A DNA stretch of 53,259 nucleotides, taken from the IMG/VR virus record IMGVR_UViG_3300029448_000057, positions 1 to 53,259 of that record, one strand, 5' to 3'. Origin of the DNA: a virus (Duplodnaviria > Caudoviricetes). Of the stretch, positions 8,972 through 19,579 are shown one piece after another. The position numbers and the translations under genes were made by a program. The first letter of the stretch is position 1, and the number at the start of each line of letters is the position of its first letter. The notes below the pieces were generated by a model. It made no database searches, was not told the DNA's origin, and was given only the letters and a program-made list of their open reading frames with translations.

Positions 8972-10326
8972 TGTCAGAAACAGCAGAACAGTTTGCAATA
9001 ACAGCACCACCGAAGTATCTACAAGATTTTTTCGCTGGTGACCAAGAAGCAGGTATAGCAGGTATTTTACCTTTATTAAATCAAGAACTAGCTAATAGGT
9101 TCTTAACTATGGGCACTCCTGGAGCTACACCTTTCACATATAGAGGTGATAGGATAGCAGACTTTACACCTGCACAACTAGAAGCATTTAGACTAGCAGC
9201 AGAAGGTAGTGGTAGTTATATGCCCTTTTTTGATTCTGCTGAGAATCTTTATAATCAAGGCATACTTGGTGGGGCTAGTGGTATAGAAGAAGCTCAAAAT
9301 TTATTAAGAGCTATACCCGACCTAACTACAGCTTCTATAGTTGAAGGACAAGATGCAGCTAGAACAGGACTTGATACACTCAGATCAGCAGCAGATGTCG
9401 CAGGTGGTGCTAGTGGCAGATTTAGTATTGATGATGCACTAGAGTTTACTAATCCTTACCTAGAAGAAACTATAGATAAAACACTAGAAGATATAGGAGA
9501 ACAATTTTCTACTGCTGATATAGCTAATAGAGCAAGAGCTGTGGGCAGTGGTGCGTTTGGTGGTAGTAGGGCTAGGCTCAGTAGTGAAGAACTAGCCGAA
9601 AAATTTGGTGAAGGGGCTACTGATAGGATAGCAGCACTCAGGTCTGGTGCATTTGACAGAGCTACTAAATTAGCACAAGGAGCTTTTGAAAACGAACAAA
9701 GAAGAAGGCTAGGAGAAGCACAGTTACTATCTGGTATAGGTAGATTTGAAAGTGACATAGGTGCTAGATTAGGTACACTAGGCACTAACCTTGGTGCTAC
9801 GTTAGGTAATGTAGCTGGTGGTATAGGTAGTTTAGGTGGTAGCCTAGCTGACACATTGTTCAGCGGTGCTGGTAATTTAAGTAATTTAGGTACAGGAATG
9901 TATAACCTAGTAGGCACTGATATTAACAGGTTAGGCACAGTAGGAGCTTTACAACAAGCACAAGATCAACGTGGATTAGATCTTGACTTTAGTAATTTTG
10001 TTGGCCAATATAACTTACCATTAGAAACTATAGGTCAGATAGGTCAAATAGGAGCAGGGTTTGCCCCAGCTTTAGGTTCACAAACACAAGCAACCACTAC
10101 AAGCGAAGGCGGTGGCAGTAATCCATTGATGCAAGGTTTAGGTACTTTAATAGCAGGATATGGTATGTTAAATAACCCATATGCAAACTTGACTAACCAA
10201 GCACAAAATATTAACAGAGGGGCAGTGAGTGGACCTGCAGAATTTACTTTAAATAACATGAGACCTACACTTCCTAACACTGGAACATCACAAACTATTG
10301 ATGATAGATATTTTCAGATGGGGTAA
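8971..10326 (+). CDS. Internal virion / DNA pilot-like protein
   Basis: A/G/Q-rich helical protein; NPY...GAFGGSR motif. Confidence 0.6.
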   Translation: MSETAEQFAITAPPKYLQDFFAGDQEAGIAGILPLLNQELANRFLTMGTPGATPFTYRGDRIADFTPAQLEAFRLAAEGSGSYMPFFDSAENLYNQGILGGASGIEEAQNLLRAIPDLTTASIVEGQDAARTGLDTLRSAADVAGGASGRFSIDDALEFTNPYLEETIDKTLEDIGEQFSTADIANRARAVGSGAFGGSRARLSSEELAEKFGEGATDRIAALRSGAFDRATKLAQGAFENEQRRRLGEAQLLSGIGRFESDIGARLGTLGTNLGATLGNVAGGIGSLGGSLADTLFSGAGNLSNLGTGMYNLVGTDINRLGTVGALQQAQDQRGLDLDFSNFVGQYNLPLETIGQIGQIGAGFAPALGSQTQATTTSEGGGSNPLMQGLGTLIAGYGMLNNPYANLTNQAQNINRGAVSGPAEFTLNNMRPTLPNTGTSQTIDDRYFQMG

Positions 10327-10329
10327 ATT

Positions 10330-12789
10330 ATGGCTATAAATAATTTACAAGGTCTTTTTAATCCTACACTTAATTTAGGTAATACACCTGAGTCTGAAGC
10401 ATTAAGTTTATTAGCACAAGGTGTTGATCCTATCAATGTAAGTATACAAACAGGCTTAAATTTTGAACAGTTACAAAGTCTCATGGACCGTCCTACTACT
10501 CCACCGACTACTAATAAATTAGACCCACTGAGTGAATCTGACTTAGCTCAGTTTGGACCTGAACTATCTAACTACTTATCAACAGGTAAAAGTTTAAGTA
10601 ATTTAGCAGATGAAGGTATAAGATCACTCACAAATAATACACAAGGTATGCCATTAGAGGCACCGCTCATAGAAAAAGAAATAGTGGATACTGTTAATAA
10701 ATTAGGTATTATGGGTAAAGATGAAAACACACCTACTGATGATTTACAAAACACCATTGATGCAAACACTGGTACAGCACTAGCTAATGCTAATAAAACA
10801 GGCAATCCTAACGATATTAATAACGCACAGAGAACACTTCAAGCTAATCTTAGTATTATAGACTTACTAGGTGACTCACCTGAGGATAGAAAAAAAGCTA
10901 TGAATATTTACAGAGATGCTGCCTCCATAATTATAGGGGATGACGACTATAGTCAGTTTGTTAGAACACCTGATAAAGCGATGCCTTATTTAGTAGCTGG
11001 TATGTCGCTTATAGAATCTGGTGCTGATGGTGATGATTGGGGTTCATCATTAACTAAGGCTTTTACTAAGTATGTTACTGCTGACAAAGCTGAAAAAGAT
11101 AGGTATGGTGATACCTTATTAAAACTTAAATTAGATAGAAAAAAGACCATTGATAATTTTGCTACTCAGTTAGCGTTAAGTGATATATCAACTGAACAAG
11201 CTATTAAAAAACAATTAATGACACAAAAAACTAACCCCTTTATAATTGATGGAGAGTCGGGTGTGCAATATCTTACTGAGTCAAACAAAAGACTTCTTAA
11301 TAATGCAGGGATAAATTTTAGACCATACTCTGCTGAATTTGATACTAAGTTAGATAATTTTACATTAACAGCAGAAGGTGGCTCTAGTGTTCATTTATTA
11401 ACACAAGCTCAAGCTAATGATTTGAGAAAAATAGGTTTTAGAATAGAAAAAGGTGATACGTTAAAAAACCAAGTTGCTTTTTACGATGAGAGTGATAATT
11501 TTTTAGGTTATGATAGCAAAGCAAACATTGACGCAAGAATTAAAGATGGTGAAAAAATTAATATAAAAACTTTTGCTGAAGTGCCAGCTACCGACACTGA
11601 AACTGGTAGACCAATATATGTAAGCCGTAATGTGTTAAACCCTAAATCAGATGCTTATGACCCACGATATGTTAGACAAGAAACTGGGATGTCTATATCT
11701 ACTGATGAAAATGGTAATCTAATTGTAGAAACAGGTGGAGGCACAGCTGGCAGTTCACTTAGGAATGCAAGACAAACTATTAAACCTTTTGAGGATAAAT
11801 TTGGTAACACATACGAAGGGGCTTCTATAGTTTTAGACACAGCCGATAGAGTTAAAAAACTTATAGAAAGTGGTGATGTAGTGTTTGGTGTTGCTGGTGC
11901 AGCAGTTTCAGGTGTACAAAGAGTTATTGATGAGATCAATGCTGCCTCATCATTTTTAAGTAACAAAAATAATTTTAAACCTAGTAATAAAAATAGATAT
12001 AACAGGTTATTTATTGATAAAAACGGTAATGGTGAAAGAGATGAAGGCGAAGATGTAGGCTATGATAAAATGTTTAAAGAAGTTTTTGACACAGGTGGCT
12101 TCAATGATATGTTTGGGTTTAGTCCTAGTGCTTTAAAAAATGCAAGGATTAAAAGAAGTGAACTACAAGCAGCACAATTCAGACTAGCACTAGCTAACGC
12201 TATGTTACTAGGACAAAGAAGTCGTGACATTTCTGACAAAGATTTAGTTTATCAAATGAAACAAATAGGTGCAGATGCTACTAGTTCAGAACAATTATTC
12301 ACCGTGCTAGACAGGCTTGAAAACGATGCCATAAATAGACTCGAATCAACTTTTAATCAATATTATGATAATATGTCCATGGGCTTTGCTCCAGCACCAA
12401 ACGGTAAAAGTTTCAGAGAATTAATGAAGGAACAAAGAGACGCACTTTATAACAGACCTATATCAATCACTGACCCTAATTCATTGAATATTTATCAAAG
12501 AATAGAAAGACAAAGAGAAAGGTTAAGTAACGAAAATGCACAACCTATAACAACTTTCCTAAGCGTCAATCCTGGAGACACTGATGCCGTAAGTGCAGCT
12601 TCTACACTTGATGATGTACGGTTAGGAAACAAAACATACAAACAACACTTTGATAATGTAGGTGGTGATTTTGATAAATTTAGAACATTAGTACAAACAT
12701 TTAAAAACTTGGGAATTAGTGAAGCAGCTATAAAAAGTTTTACTAAGTATTATGCAGAAAGATCAGGAGCTAGTGGTGCCGATAACTAA
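10330..12789 (+). CDS. Large internal virion protein
   Basis: 819 aa helical ORF in the ejectosome-type block. Confidence 0.55.
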   Translation: MAINNLQGLFNPTLNLGNTPESEALSLLAQGVDPINVSIQTGLNFEQLQSLMDRPTTPPTTNKLDPLSESDLAQFGPELSNYLSTGKSLSNLADEGIRSLTNNTQGMPLEAPLIEKEIVDTVNKLGIMGKDENTPTDDLQNTIDANTGTALANANKTGNPNDINNAQRTLQANLSIIDLLGDSPEDRKKAMNIYRDAASIIIGDDDYSQFVRTPDKAMPYLVAGMSLIESGADGDDWGSSLTKAFTKYVTADKAEKDRYGDTLLKLKLDRKKTIDNFATQLALSDISTEQAIKKQLMTQKTNPFIIDGESGVQYLTESNKRLLNNAGINFRPYSAEFDTKLDNFTLTAEGGSSVHLLTQAQANDLRKIGFRIEKGDTLKNQVAFYDESDNFLGYDSKANIDARIKDGEKINIKTFAEVPATDTETGRPIYVSRNVLNPKSDAYDPRYVRQETGMSISTDENGNLIVETGGGTAGSSLRNARQTIKPFEDKFGNTYEGASIVLDTADRVKKLIESGDVVFGVAGAAVSGVQRVIDEINAASSFLSNKNNFKPSNKNRYNRLFIDKNGNGERDEGEDVGYDKMFKEVFDTGGFNDMFGFSPSALKNARIKRSELQAAQFRLALANAMLLGQRSRDISDKDLVYQMKQIGADATSSEQLFTVLDRLENDAINRLESTFNQYYDNMSMGFAPAPNGKSFRELMKEQRDALYNRPISITDPNSLNIYQRIERQRERLSNENAQPITTFLSVNPGDTDAVSAASTLDDVRLGNKTYKQHFDNVGGDFDKFRTLVQTFKNLGISEAAIKSFTKYYAERSGASGADN

Positions 12790-15700
12790 AGAAGATGTTA
12801 TAAAAGACCCTAACTTGATGTTTGATTTTTTAAGTCAACCTAGTGTTGATACAGGCACACAGAGTGAAGCAGAAAGATTATACGAACAAGAAAAACTCAA
12901 AGCCTTCGGGTATGACCCTAAACCTAACCCAATGTTTCCCGAAGGCAGGGGTGTTTTAGATAGTTATCAAAAAGCAGTTGACGAAGGTTTTAAGGCTGGT
13001 GATCCATTTTTTTACTCACAAGATATGTTACAAGATGTTTCACCCAGAGCTAAAGGTGAATTTTTAGGCATTGATTACACTGGTGGAGCAGGTAATAACG
13101 TAGTTAGGTTATATCAATTGCTGCCTACAGATATTGATAATGAAACTAGGATAGACGCTGTTGACGCTATGTTGCGTAAAAACTATACTAAAGAGTTTGA
13201 CATACCAGAGGATTATGATTATGATGTTAAGCTAGACAGATCAGGTACAGTTGAGTTCACTTTTAATGACCCTAAAGATAATAACAAAAGGAAACCAGTC
13301 AACCCTCCTGGAATAAACTACGGTGATTTTAGATCATTTATCGAACCACTGTCCCTTGAAATAGTTGGTGGTGTTGGTGGTTATTTAGCAGGATTAGGTT
13401 CAGCATTCCTTACTAAAGGACGTGCTAAACTGAGCGACCCTTATGTTACAACCATACTTGGCGAAGCACTGGGCACTTATGTGTACAGACAAAATGTTTT
13501 AGATAACATGGTTAAAGAAGGTTACTTACCCTCTGATTATGATACTACAACTTCAGCTATAAAAGACTCTGGTATGACTGCAGCTTTTGGTGTCGGTGCC
13601 ACTACTATATTTAAATTAGCAGCATTAGCTTCTAAAGCTGGTGGTGCACCTTTAGGTATCAATGAAGACGAGTTTATAGAGTCATTTGAAAAAGTAGCTA
13701 GTGAAGCTGAAGAGTCTGGTTTATCTACCAGTGTTTACACTTCTCCACAAATACTTGAGAGAGGAGAACAAATGGGAAGTAAGATAGTTCTTTCTGTGCC
13801 TTCTGGTACTCAACAGCAAATTATAGATGAAATAAACGTACCAGACTCTAGACCAGAACTTAGAGAGAAAGTATCTGAACAGAAAACAATACAAAGAGAA
13901 AAACTAGATGAAGCCTTTGCTGATGAAGATTTGAGCGTTAGTCAGGCTCTAGAAGAAGGGGCTACTAGAGACATTAGTGGTAGACAGTTACAAGAAACTG
14001 TGACTGAAGCTGTTGAAACTTCGCCTAGGATGGTAAGTATAGAAAGAGACATAGATAACTTTAAAACTAAAAGTAATCAAACCTTTACTAGTATATTAGA
14101 TAACCCTGACGCTAATGTGTCTGACCTTACTAGAGATTTACAAAATGATTTTATCAAACTTGAAAGAGCTAAATATGATGAGCTAGACAAAGCATTTGAT
14201 GATGCTATAAAATCTCCTAAACTTGGAAAAAGTCAAGTATTTGATCTTAAAGCAGGTGGATCAGGTAGTATTGAAAAAGTAGCTGAAAGAATAAACCGTG
14301 ATCTTACTAAAGGTTTTTCTGACAAAAAACTTGCAGGAAGTTTTAATAATATAGTTAATAAAATTCAAGAGTCTCCTAAAATAAGCCAGAAGATTTTTAG
14401 AAATAACTTGTCAGAAATAAGAAGAGGACTCAATGACGCATATGCAGCTGGTGATGCTACTGCTATAGAAGCGTATACTGATTTACTAAACGCACACATA
14501 AGAACTCAAAAAAGAACTTACAAAAATCTTGGCTTAGAAAATGAGTTTAAACAAATAGAAGGTATAGAAAAATCATACGAAGAAGCTAATGCAATCTATA
14601 GAAGAAGCGTCATAGGTGATATTACCAGAGTGCTTAATGATGCTACTACAAGAGAAGTCAAAGTAGGATCAGTTGATGCTTTTAACAGAGTTAAAAAGTT
14701 TATCACACAAGGTGGTACTATCACAGGTAAAGGCGGAGAACAAATACTAACATCTCCTGCTTTTATGAAAGAAATATTAAGTGACGCAGATAATAAAGGT
14801 ATACAACTAGCATTAAGTTTTAAACAAGCGATCAAAAAAGATTTATTTGACAATGTGTTTAATGTTGATGAAGCAGGTAATGTAGTGCCTAAAAGTCCTA
14901 CAGCTTTTCAAGATTATTTTAAAACAAACAAAGACTTATTCAAAGAAGAGAACTTAATATTTACTAAAGATGAAATAGCGGACTTAACCAGTGTTAATAA
15001 AGCTAGTCAAGTATTTGAAAAAGACCTTGAAAGATTAAATAATTTAAGAAATATTGCTGTTAGTGAAGAGGGTGTGCCATTTTTATTTAAGGCTGGTGTG
15101 CTTGAAAATCCTGAAAAATGGTTTGGTAGTTTTTGGCAACCAGACAATATCACACAATCAGGTAGATTATTTAGGATATTAACAGATGATAAAACAGCAA
15201 ACGCTGACATAGTTGAGTCTGTTAGATCTAACATATATAATGACATATTAGAAAAAACATCTAAGACAACACCACAAGGTGACAAAGTATTTGATTCTAC
15301 TAAACTTGATGCATACCTTGATGATTATAGGACACAACTCACCCAATGGTACGGTGATGATTTTGTACCTAAAATGAAAAGCATTAACACAAGACTCAAA
15401 GTATTTGATGATCCTACAGGCAAGGGTTTAGCTCAAGGTGACTATGCCTTATTCAAAGCTGTAAACTCAATAGCTAGGGCACAAGTTGGTATGTTTACTA
15501 GAGAAGGTCGTATCATGACTGCTGTTAAAATGGTCGGTTCTATGATGTTTAGGCAAAGAGACTTAGATCTATTATTAGACCCAGACAAGTTATACAAAAG
15601 ATTGATGAAAGATAAATTTGTCAGAGACCCAAGAACTAGAGCTGTAGTTAGAGCATTAGGTAGGGTATTTTACAGAGAGTCAGCAAATGATATAGAAGGT

Positions 15701-15811
15701 AAAGAAGATCCTACTTTAGAAAAAGACCTAACTAATATAGGGGATGTTTTGAGGTTAAAATCAGGAGGTCTAGTCAGACCACCACTAATTAAGTTAAAAT
15801 ACAAGATATGA
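12752..15811 (+). CDS. Largest internal virion / ejection protein
   Basis: 1019 aa; likely true start GTG 12776 after AGGAG; hydrophobic Gly-rich segment near the N-third. Confidence 0.55.
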   Translation: MQKDQELVVPITKEDVIKDPNLMFDFLSQPSVDTGTQSEAERLYEQEKLKAFGYDPKPNPMFPEGRGVLDSYQKAVDEGFKAGDPFFYSQDMLQDVSPRAKGEFLGIDYTGGAGNNVVRLYQLLPTDIDNETRIDAVDAMLRKNYTKEFDIPEDYDYDVKLDRSGTVEFTFNDPKDNNKRKPVNPPGINYGDFRSFIEPLSLEIVGGVGGYLAGLGSAFLTKGRAKLSDPYVTTILGEALGTYVYRQNVLDNMVKEGYLPSDYDTTTSAIKDSGMTAAFGVGATTIFKLAALASKAGGAPLGINEDEFIESFEKVASEAEESGLSTSVYTSPQILERGEQMGSKIVLSVPSGTQQQIIDEINVPDSRPELREKVSEQKTIQREKLDEAFADEDLSVSQALEEGATRDISGRQLQETVTEAVETSPRMVSIERDIDNFKTKSNQTFTSILDNPDANVSDLTRDLQNDFIKLERAKYDELDKAFDDAIKSPKLGKSQVFDLKAGGSGSIEKVAERINRDLTKGFSDKKLAGSFNNIVNKIQESPKISQKIFRNNLSEIRRGLNDAYAAGDATAIEAYTDLLNAHIRTQKRTYKNLGLENEFKQIEGIEKSYEEANAIYRRSVIGDITRVLNDATTREVKVGSVDAFNRVKKFITQGGTITGKGGEQILTSPAFMKEILSDADNKGIQLALSFKQAIKKDLFDNVFNVDEAGNVVPKSPTAFQDYFKTNKDLFKEENLIFTKDEIADLTSVNKASQVFEKDLERLNNLRNIAVSEEGVPFLFKAGVLENPEKWFGSFWQPDNITQSGRLFRILTDDKTANADIVESVRSNIYNDILEKTSKTTPQGDKVFDSTKLDAYLDDYRTQLTQWYGDDFVPKMKSINTRLKVFDDPTGKGLAQGDYALFKAVNSIARAQVGMFTREGRIMTAVKMVGSMMFRQRDLDLLLDPDKLYKRLMKDKFVRDPRTRAVVRALGRVFYRESANDIEGKEDPTLEKDLTNIGDVLRLKSGGLVRPPLIKLKYKI

Positions 15812-16224
15812 TGATGGGCATAGCTAATCTTTTGAGAAACCAACAGTTTGGTAATATACAACCGTTGATACCTATGAACAGACCTATGCTACCAACTACA
15901 AGTAGAGGTGGCATAGCTAACTTGATGGGAATGTTTAATAGAACTCCTGGCATACAATCACTAGTAAATCCTAGAATGAACTTCAACCCACGTGGTAGTC
16001 AAGATTTACTTAATTTACTAGCTAGGCAAAGTATGTTTGCAGATTTCTTTACACCTAGAGTCAGTGATGACGATATGGAAAAAGATGAAGATAACATGTC
16101 AACACAAGACGTACCAGTTGCTGCACCTATTGATGCTGATGTAAACGTAGAAAGATCAATAAATATGAACAACCCAATGAATAATATGCCTAAATATAGG
16201 TTTAATATGCCAGACATGAGATAA
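15808..16224 (+). CDS. Low-complexity M/N/P-rich protein
   Basis: Coupled ORF; GIANL occurs twice. Confidence 0.55.
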   Translation: MMMGIANLLRNQQFGNIQPLIPMNRPMLPTTSRGGIANLMGMFNRTPGIQSLVNPRMNFNPRGSQDLLNLLARQSMFADFFTPRVSDDDMEKDEDNMSTQDVPVAAPIDADVNVERSINMNNPMNNMPKYRFNMPDMR

Positions 16225-16341
16225 TTTTACCTTTTTTTCGAAAAAGGGACTCATAAACGGACACCCTGTCCTCTAAGCACACCTAGTTAATACTTTCCCT
16301 AAGATAATAAAGTTTTTCCTTACAGTCGTTTTACGTTCCTT

Positions 16342-17784
16342 CTAGGTCAACCAGTCCTTCCATGTCTCTTCTCCAAGGACAGTTTGTGCTATTGACTGCT
16401 TTAAACGCAAAGCACGGACTATTTTCTCATCTACAGTCTTTTCACAAACAATATCTATGTATGTAACATTGTTTTTCTGCCCTATCCTGTGTGCCCTGTC
16501 TTCTGATTGTAACCTTTTTTCTAAATCGTAATTATTAGAATAATAAATAACGGTGCTAGCAGCAGTCAAAGTTATACCATAACCACCAGTTTGTGTATTA
16601 CCAACAAAGAACCGCATCTTGTCGTCCATGTCCTGAAACCTAGTAAGTGTTTCTTCTCTTTCAGCTTGTTCAATATCTCCATGATACTCACCTACTGAAT
16701 ATGAACCGTACCTTTCTCGTAGAGACTGAACAATCTTTTTGATGTCATGTCTGTAGTTAGCCCAGATAATAACTTTACCGTCTACTTCTTCTAGTATTTC
16801 TAAAAGTTCATTCAACCTGTTTGATTTTAATTCTTTAGTCAAACCCTCATCAGTGTTTACAAAACCACAAGCTATCTGGTGTAGTCTTATAATCTGTGTA
16901 ATTATATGATTAATAGTAACCTTACCTTCTGATAATACTGCTTGAGCATTTTTTTGAATATCTCTATAAACTTTTTTCTGCTCATCAGTCATCTCAATAG
17001 TTCTGCGTAAATAAATCTTGTCTGGTAAATCAAGGCAATCTTTTTTCAGTACTCTAAAACTAAATGTTTTTAAAGTCTCATTTAACTCTTCTAAGTTTTT
17101 GTAACCTTTAACTACCTTAAACACCCTACCACCACTTGATTGTTCCATCAAGTCAGCATACCTAGACCTAAAAGCGTAGTAACTACTAAAACCAAGTAAC
17201 GAGGGATCAAGAAACATACATTGACTAAATAAATCTAGTGGACTTTTAGTAACAGGAGAACCTGTCAGGATTCTTCTGTATTCAGCGTATTTACCTAACC
17301 GAACTGCATTCATAGTTCTTTTAGCAGATGGGTTTTTTATTGTAGTGCTTTCATCAATAATAAACATACTTTGTTTATTGTTTATAAACTTAACAGCAAA
17401 ATCAGTACCTTTTTTGGTACTAAGTGCTTCAATATTCATTACAAAGATGTGTAGCCTGTTAGACTCCATTAAAATACGTTCAAGGTTTAGTTTGTTCTTT
17501 TGAGTACCAGCAGGTGACCACTTCAATATGTTGTAGTCTATGTCATCTGGTAGGTGTGCTGGTATTTCTTTACTATACCAATTATCGTATACACCTTTAG
17601 GGGCTATGATTAAAACACCATTAATTTTTTTCTCTCTATATAAATTAGCAAAGTCATCAATTACTACTTTTGATTTACCACACCCCATCTCCATAAATAA
17701 AGCGTACTCTCTCTTGTCTTTACAAGCGTTCAATGCCTCTAATTGATGTTGATACGGTTGTGTTTTAAATAAAGCTGTTTCCAT
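16342..17784 (-). CDS. SNF2-family (SF2) helicase
   Basis: Reverse complement of 17784-17761 reads ATG GAA ACA GCT TTA TTT AAA ACA (METALFKT); CTA at 16342 is the TAG stop, so the strand is minus despite the track label. Motifs MGCGKS, IIDES, LTGSP, QSEDRAHRIGQ. Confidence 0.95.
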   Translation of the reverse strand: METALFKTQPYQHQLEALNACKDKREYALFMEMGCGKSKVVIDDFANLYREKKINGVLIIAPKGVYDNWYSKEIPAHLPDDIDYNILKWSPAGTQKNKLNLERILMESNRLHIFVMNIEALSTKKGTDFAVKFINNKQSMFIIDESTTIKNPSAKRTMNAVRLGKYAEYRRILTGSPVTKSPLDLFSQCMFLDPSLLGFSSYYAFRSRYADLMEQSSGGRVFKVVKGYKNLEELNETLKTFSFRVLKKDCLDLPDKIYLRRTIEMTDEQKKVYRDIQKNAQAVLSEGKVTINHIITQIIRLHQIACGFVNTDEGLTKELKSNRLNELLEILEEVDGKVIIWANYRHDIKKIVQSLRERYGSYSVGEYHGDIEQAEREETLTRFQDMDDKMRFFVGNTQTGGYGITLTAASTVIYYSNNYDLEKRLQSEDRAHRIGQKNNVTYIDIVCEKTVDEKIVRALRLKQSIAQTVLGEETWKDWLT

Positions 17785-17850
17785 ATATGTAACTATATAA
17801 TAAGTAAATTAAATATAAACGATAATGCACGATTTATCGACGCTAAGATA

Positions 17851-17937
17851 CCAATAACGTAATAATAGTCTGGCTAATATATCTGTAAACACTGTGGTTA
17901 TAGGTATTATTTTAGCAACATATTAGCATATTAGCCA
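17851..17937. repeat. Inverted array of (G)CYAATA motifs, origin/operator-like
   Basis: TGGCTAATAT 17871-17880 / ATATTAGCCA 17928-17937 perfect IR; extra copies at 17851 and 17920; divergent intergenic region. Confidence 0.5.
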
Positions 17938-18003
17938 TTTTTTGCGTAAACGTACTTTTATTAAAAGTTTATCTCTAGTATAGTTAAATAGTAAATAGTT
18001 TAG

Positions 18004-18085
18004 GTAGTGGTGGTGATGCCTTGATAATATCTAAAGTCAGAATCACTCCGATTATTTCTCCTAGAAGTCGACACACCACCATTAT
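18004..18085 (+). other. Long 5'-UTR stem-loop
   Basis: GTAGTGGTGGTG 18004-18015 pairs with CACCACCATTAT 18074-18085 using G-U pairs. Confidence 0.5.
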
Positions 18086-18145
18086 TCATAAATTTTTTAT
18101 TTACTTAATTAGTGAACCATATTAAAAAGGTAAAAAGAGAAAATT

Positions 18146-18697
18146 ATGACAAATATAAATAAAATATTAGAAGAAGATAGCACCACCGAACTAGAAGTTC
18201 AAAACGTATCAAGTATATCCCAAGCAGTAAAAAACCTCGAGAAAATCGAGGGAGAGATTGATGCTTTAGAAAAAAAGTTATCTGCTAAAAAAGACGAGTT
18301 TAAAAAACTTAGTGAGGATGAAATACCTAATTTATTAGAAGAATCAGGAGTCTCAGAGATTAAAACTACTGATGGCACAACTGTATCGATACAAAGGTTT
18401 TACTCTGCTAGGATAACTGAAGATAACCGAGATGAATGTTTTCGCTACCTTGAACAAAATGGTTTAGGTGATATTATTAAGAACACTGTTTCTGTCAACT
18501 TTGCTAAAGGAGAAGACAGTAACGCTAACGAACTTGCTGACGACTTAGAAAATAAAGGTTATATGCTCAACCAGAAAAAATGGGTAGAGCCTATGACCTT
18601 AAAAGCTGTCGTTAGAGAGCAGGTAGAAAAGGGTTCCGACCTCCCCTTAGATACCTTTAATGTATATGTAGGTCGCAAAACTAAATTTAAAAGGTGA
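18146..18697 (+). CDS. Conserved phage replication-module protein
   Basis: Coiled-coil N-terminus; YLEQNGLGDIIKNTV and VEPMTLKA.VRE motifs; precedes the SSB-like gene. Confidence 0.7.
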   Translation: MTNINKILEEDSTTELEVQNVSSISQAVKNLEKIEGEIDALEKKLSAKKDEFKKLSEDEIPNLLEESGVSEIKTTDGTTVSIQRFYSARITEDNRDECFRYLEQNGLGDIIKNTVSVNFAKGEDSNANELADDLENKGYMLNQKKWVEPMTLKAVVREQVEKGSDLPLDTFNVYVGRKTKFKR

Positions 18698-18701
18698 AAA
18701 A

Positions 18702-19511
18702 ATGACCAATAAAAGTGCGACAGCAGAAGCGGTAGATGATACTGCTACTGAGCCATCAAAAAAAGAAGTAGTTAAAAAAGAAAAGACTGCCCTAGCTACT
18801 GCCTCTATGTTTGCTGAGGATGCAGGAGCAGGACTTGAAAATATAACTGCTGATGATGTAACTATACCTCGTTTAAAAATACTACAGGCTACTAGCCCTG
18901 AAGTAATGAAGAAAGACGGTAAGTACATCGAGGGTGCAGTAGCTGGTGATATTACCAATACTGTTTCAAAAGAAGTATTTCCTGAAGAAGAGGGTTGTAT
19001 AGTATTACCAGTTTCTTACAGGAGATTATTCTTAGAGTGGCAGCCACGTGAGACTGGTGGTGGTTTAGTTCAACAACACATGGATCAAAGTATCCTTAGT
19101 CAAACTAAAAAGGATGACAGGGGAGCTGATGTGTTAGAGAACGGTAACTACATTCAAACGTCTGCTACACATTATGCCTTAGTTTTAAGTGGAGACTCCT
19201 TTCAACAGGTTATGATTCCTATGGCAGGAACTCAGTTGAAAAAGTCAAGAACTTGGAACGCAGTTATGGCTAGTCTAAAAGTAAAAGCTGGTGATGGAAG
19301 AATGTTTACTCCGCCATCATATAGTCATACTTACAGACTAAAAACTGTACAGGAGTCAAACGATAAGGGTACTTGGTTTGGTTGGAATATTGAATTAGTA
19401 GGTCCAATCACAGAAGATCAAGTTTCGTTTTACGAGGCAGCAAAAGAGTTTGCGTTAAGCATAAACGCTGGTGCAGTCAAAATGGAAGGAGGACAAGACA
19501 CTCCATTCTAA
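18702..19511 (+). CDS. ssDNA-binding/annealing protein (putative)
   Basis: IPRLKILQATSPE, NDKGTWFGW, acidic/aromatic tail QDTPF; upstream of the primase. Confidence 0.65.
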   Translation: MTNKSATAEAVDDTATEPSKKEVVKKEKTALATASMFAEDAGAGLENITADDVTIPRLKILQATSPEVMKKDGKYIEGAVAGDITNTVSKEVFPEEEGCIVLPVSYRRLFLEWQPRETGGGLVQQHMDQSILSQTKKDDRGADVLENGNYIQTSATHYALVLSGDSFQQVMIPMAGTQLKKSRTWNAVMASLKVKAGDGRMFTPPSYSHTYRLKTVQESNDKGTWFGWNIELVGPITEDQVSFYEAAKEFALSINAGAVKMEGGQDTPF

Positions 19512-19520
19512 AACCCACAC

Positions 19521-19561
19521 TGGCAGGGGGTTTATTAATATCAAGCCTTTACCCCCTGTCA
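19521..19561 (+). other. Intergenic stem-loop upstream of primase
   Basis: TGGCAGGGGGT / ACCCCCTGTCA stem with a 19-nt loop. Confidence 0.5.
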
Positions 19562-19579
19562 CAATAAAAGAGAAATTAA

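Noticed and set aside
17540-17746. 68 aa + strand ORF
   Set aside because: Antisense shadow inside the SNF2 helicase; no RBS or motifs
16342-17784. ORF-track '+' strand label for the 480 aa helicase
   Set aside because: The protein is encoded by the reverse complement (CAT at 17782-17784, CTA at 16342-16344), so it is annotated as minus strand
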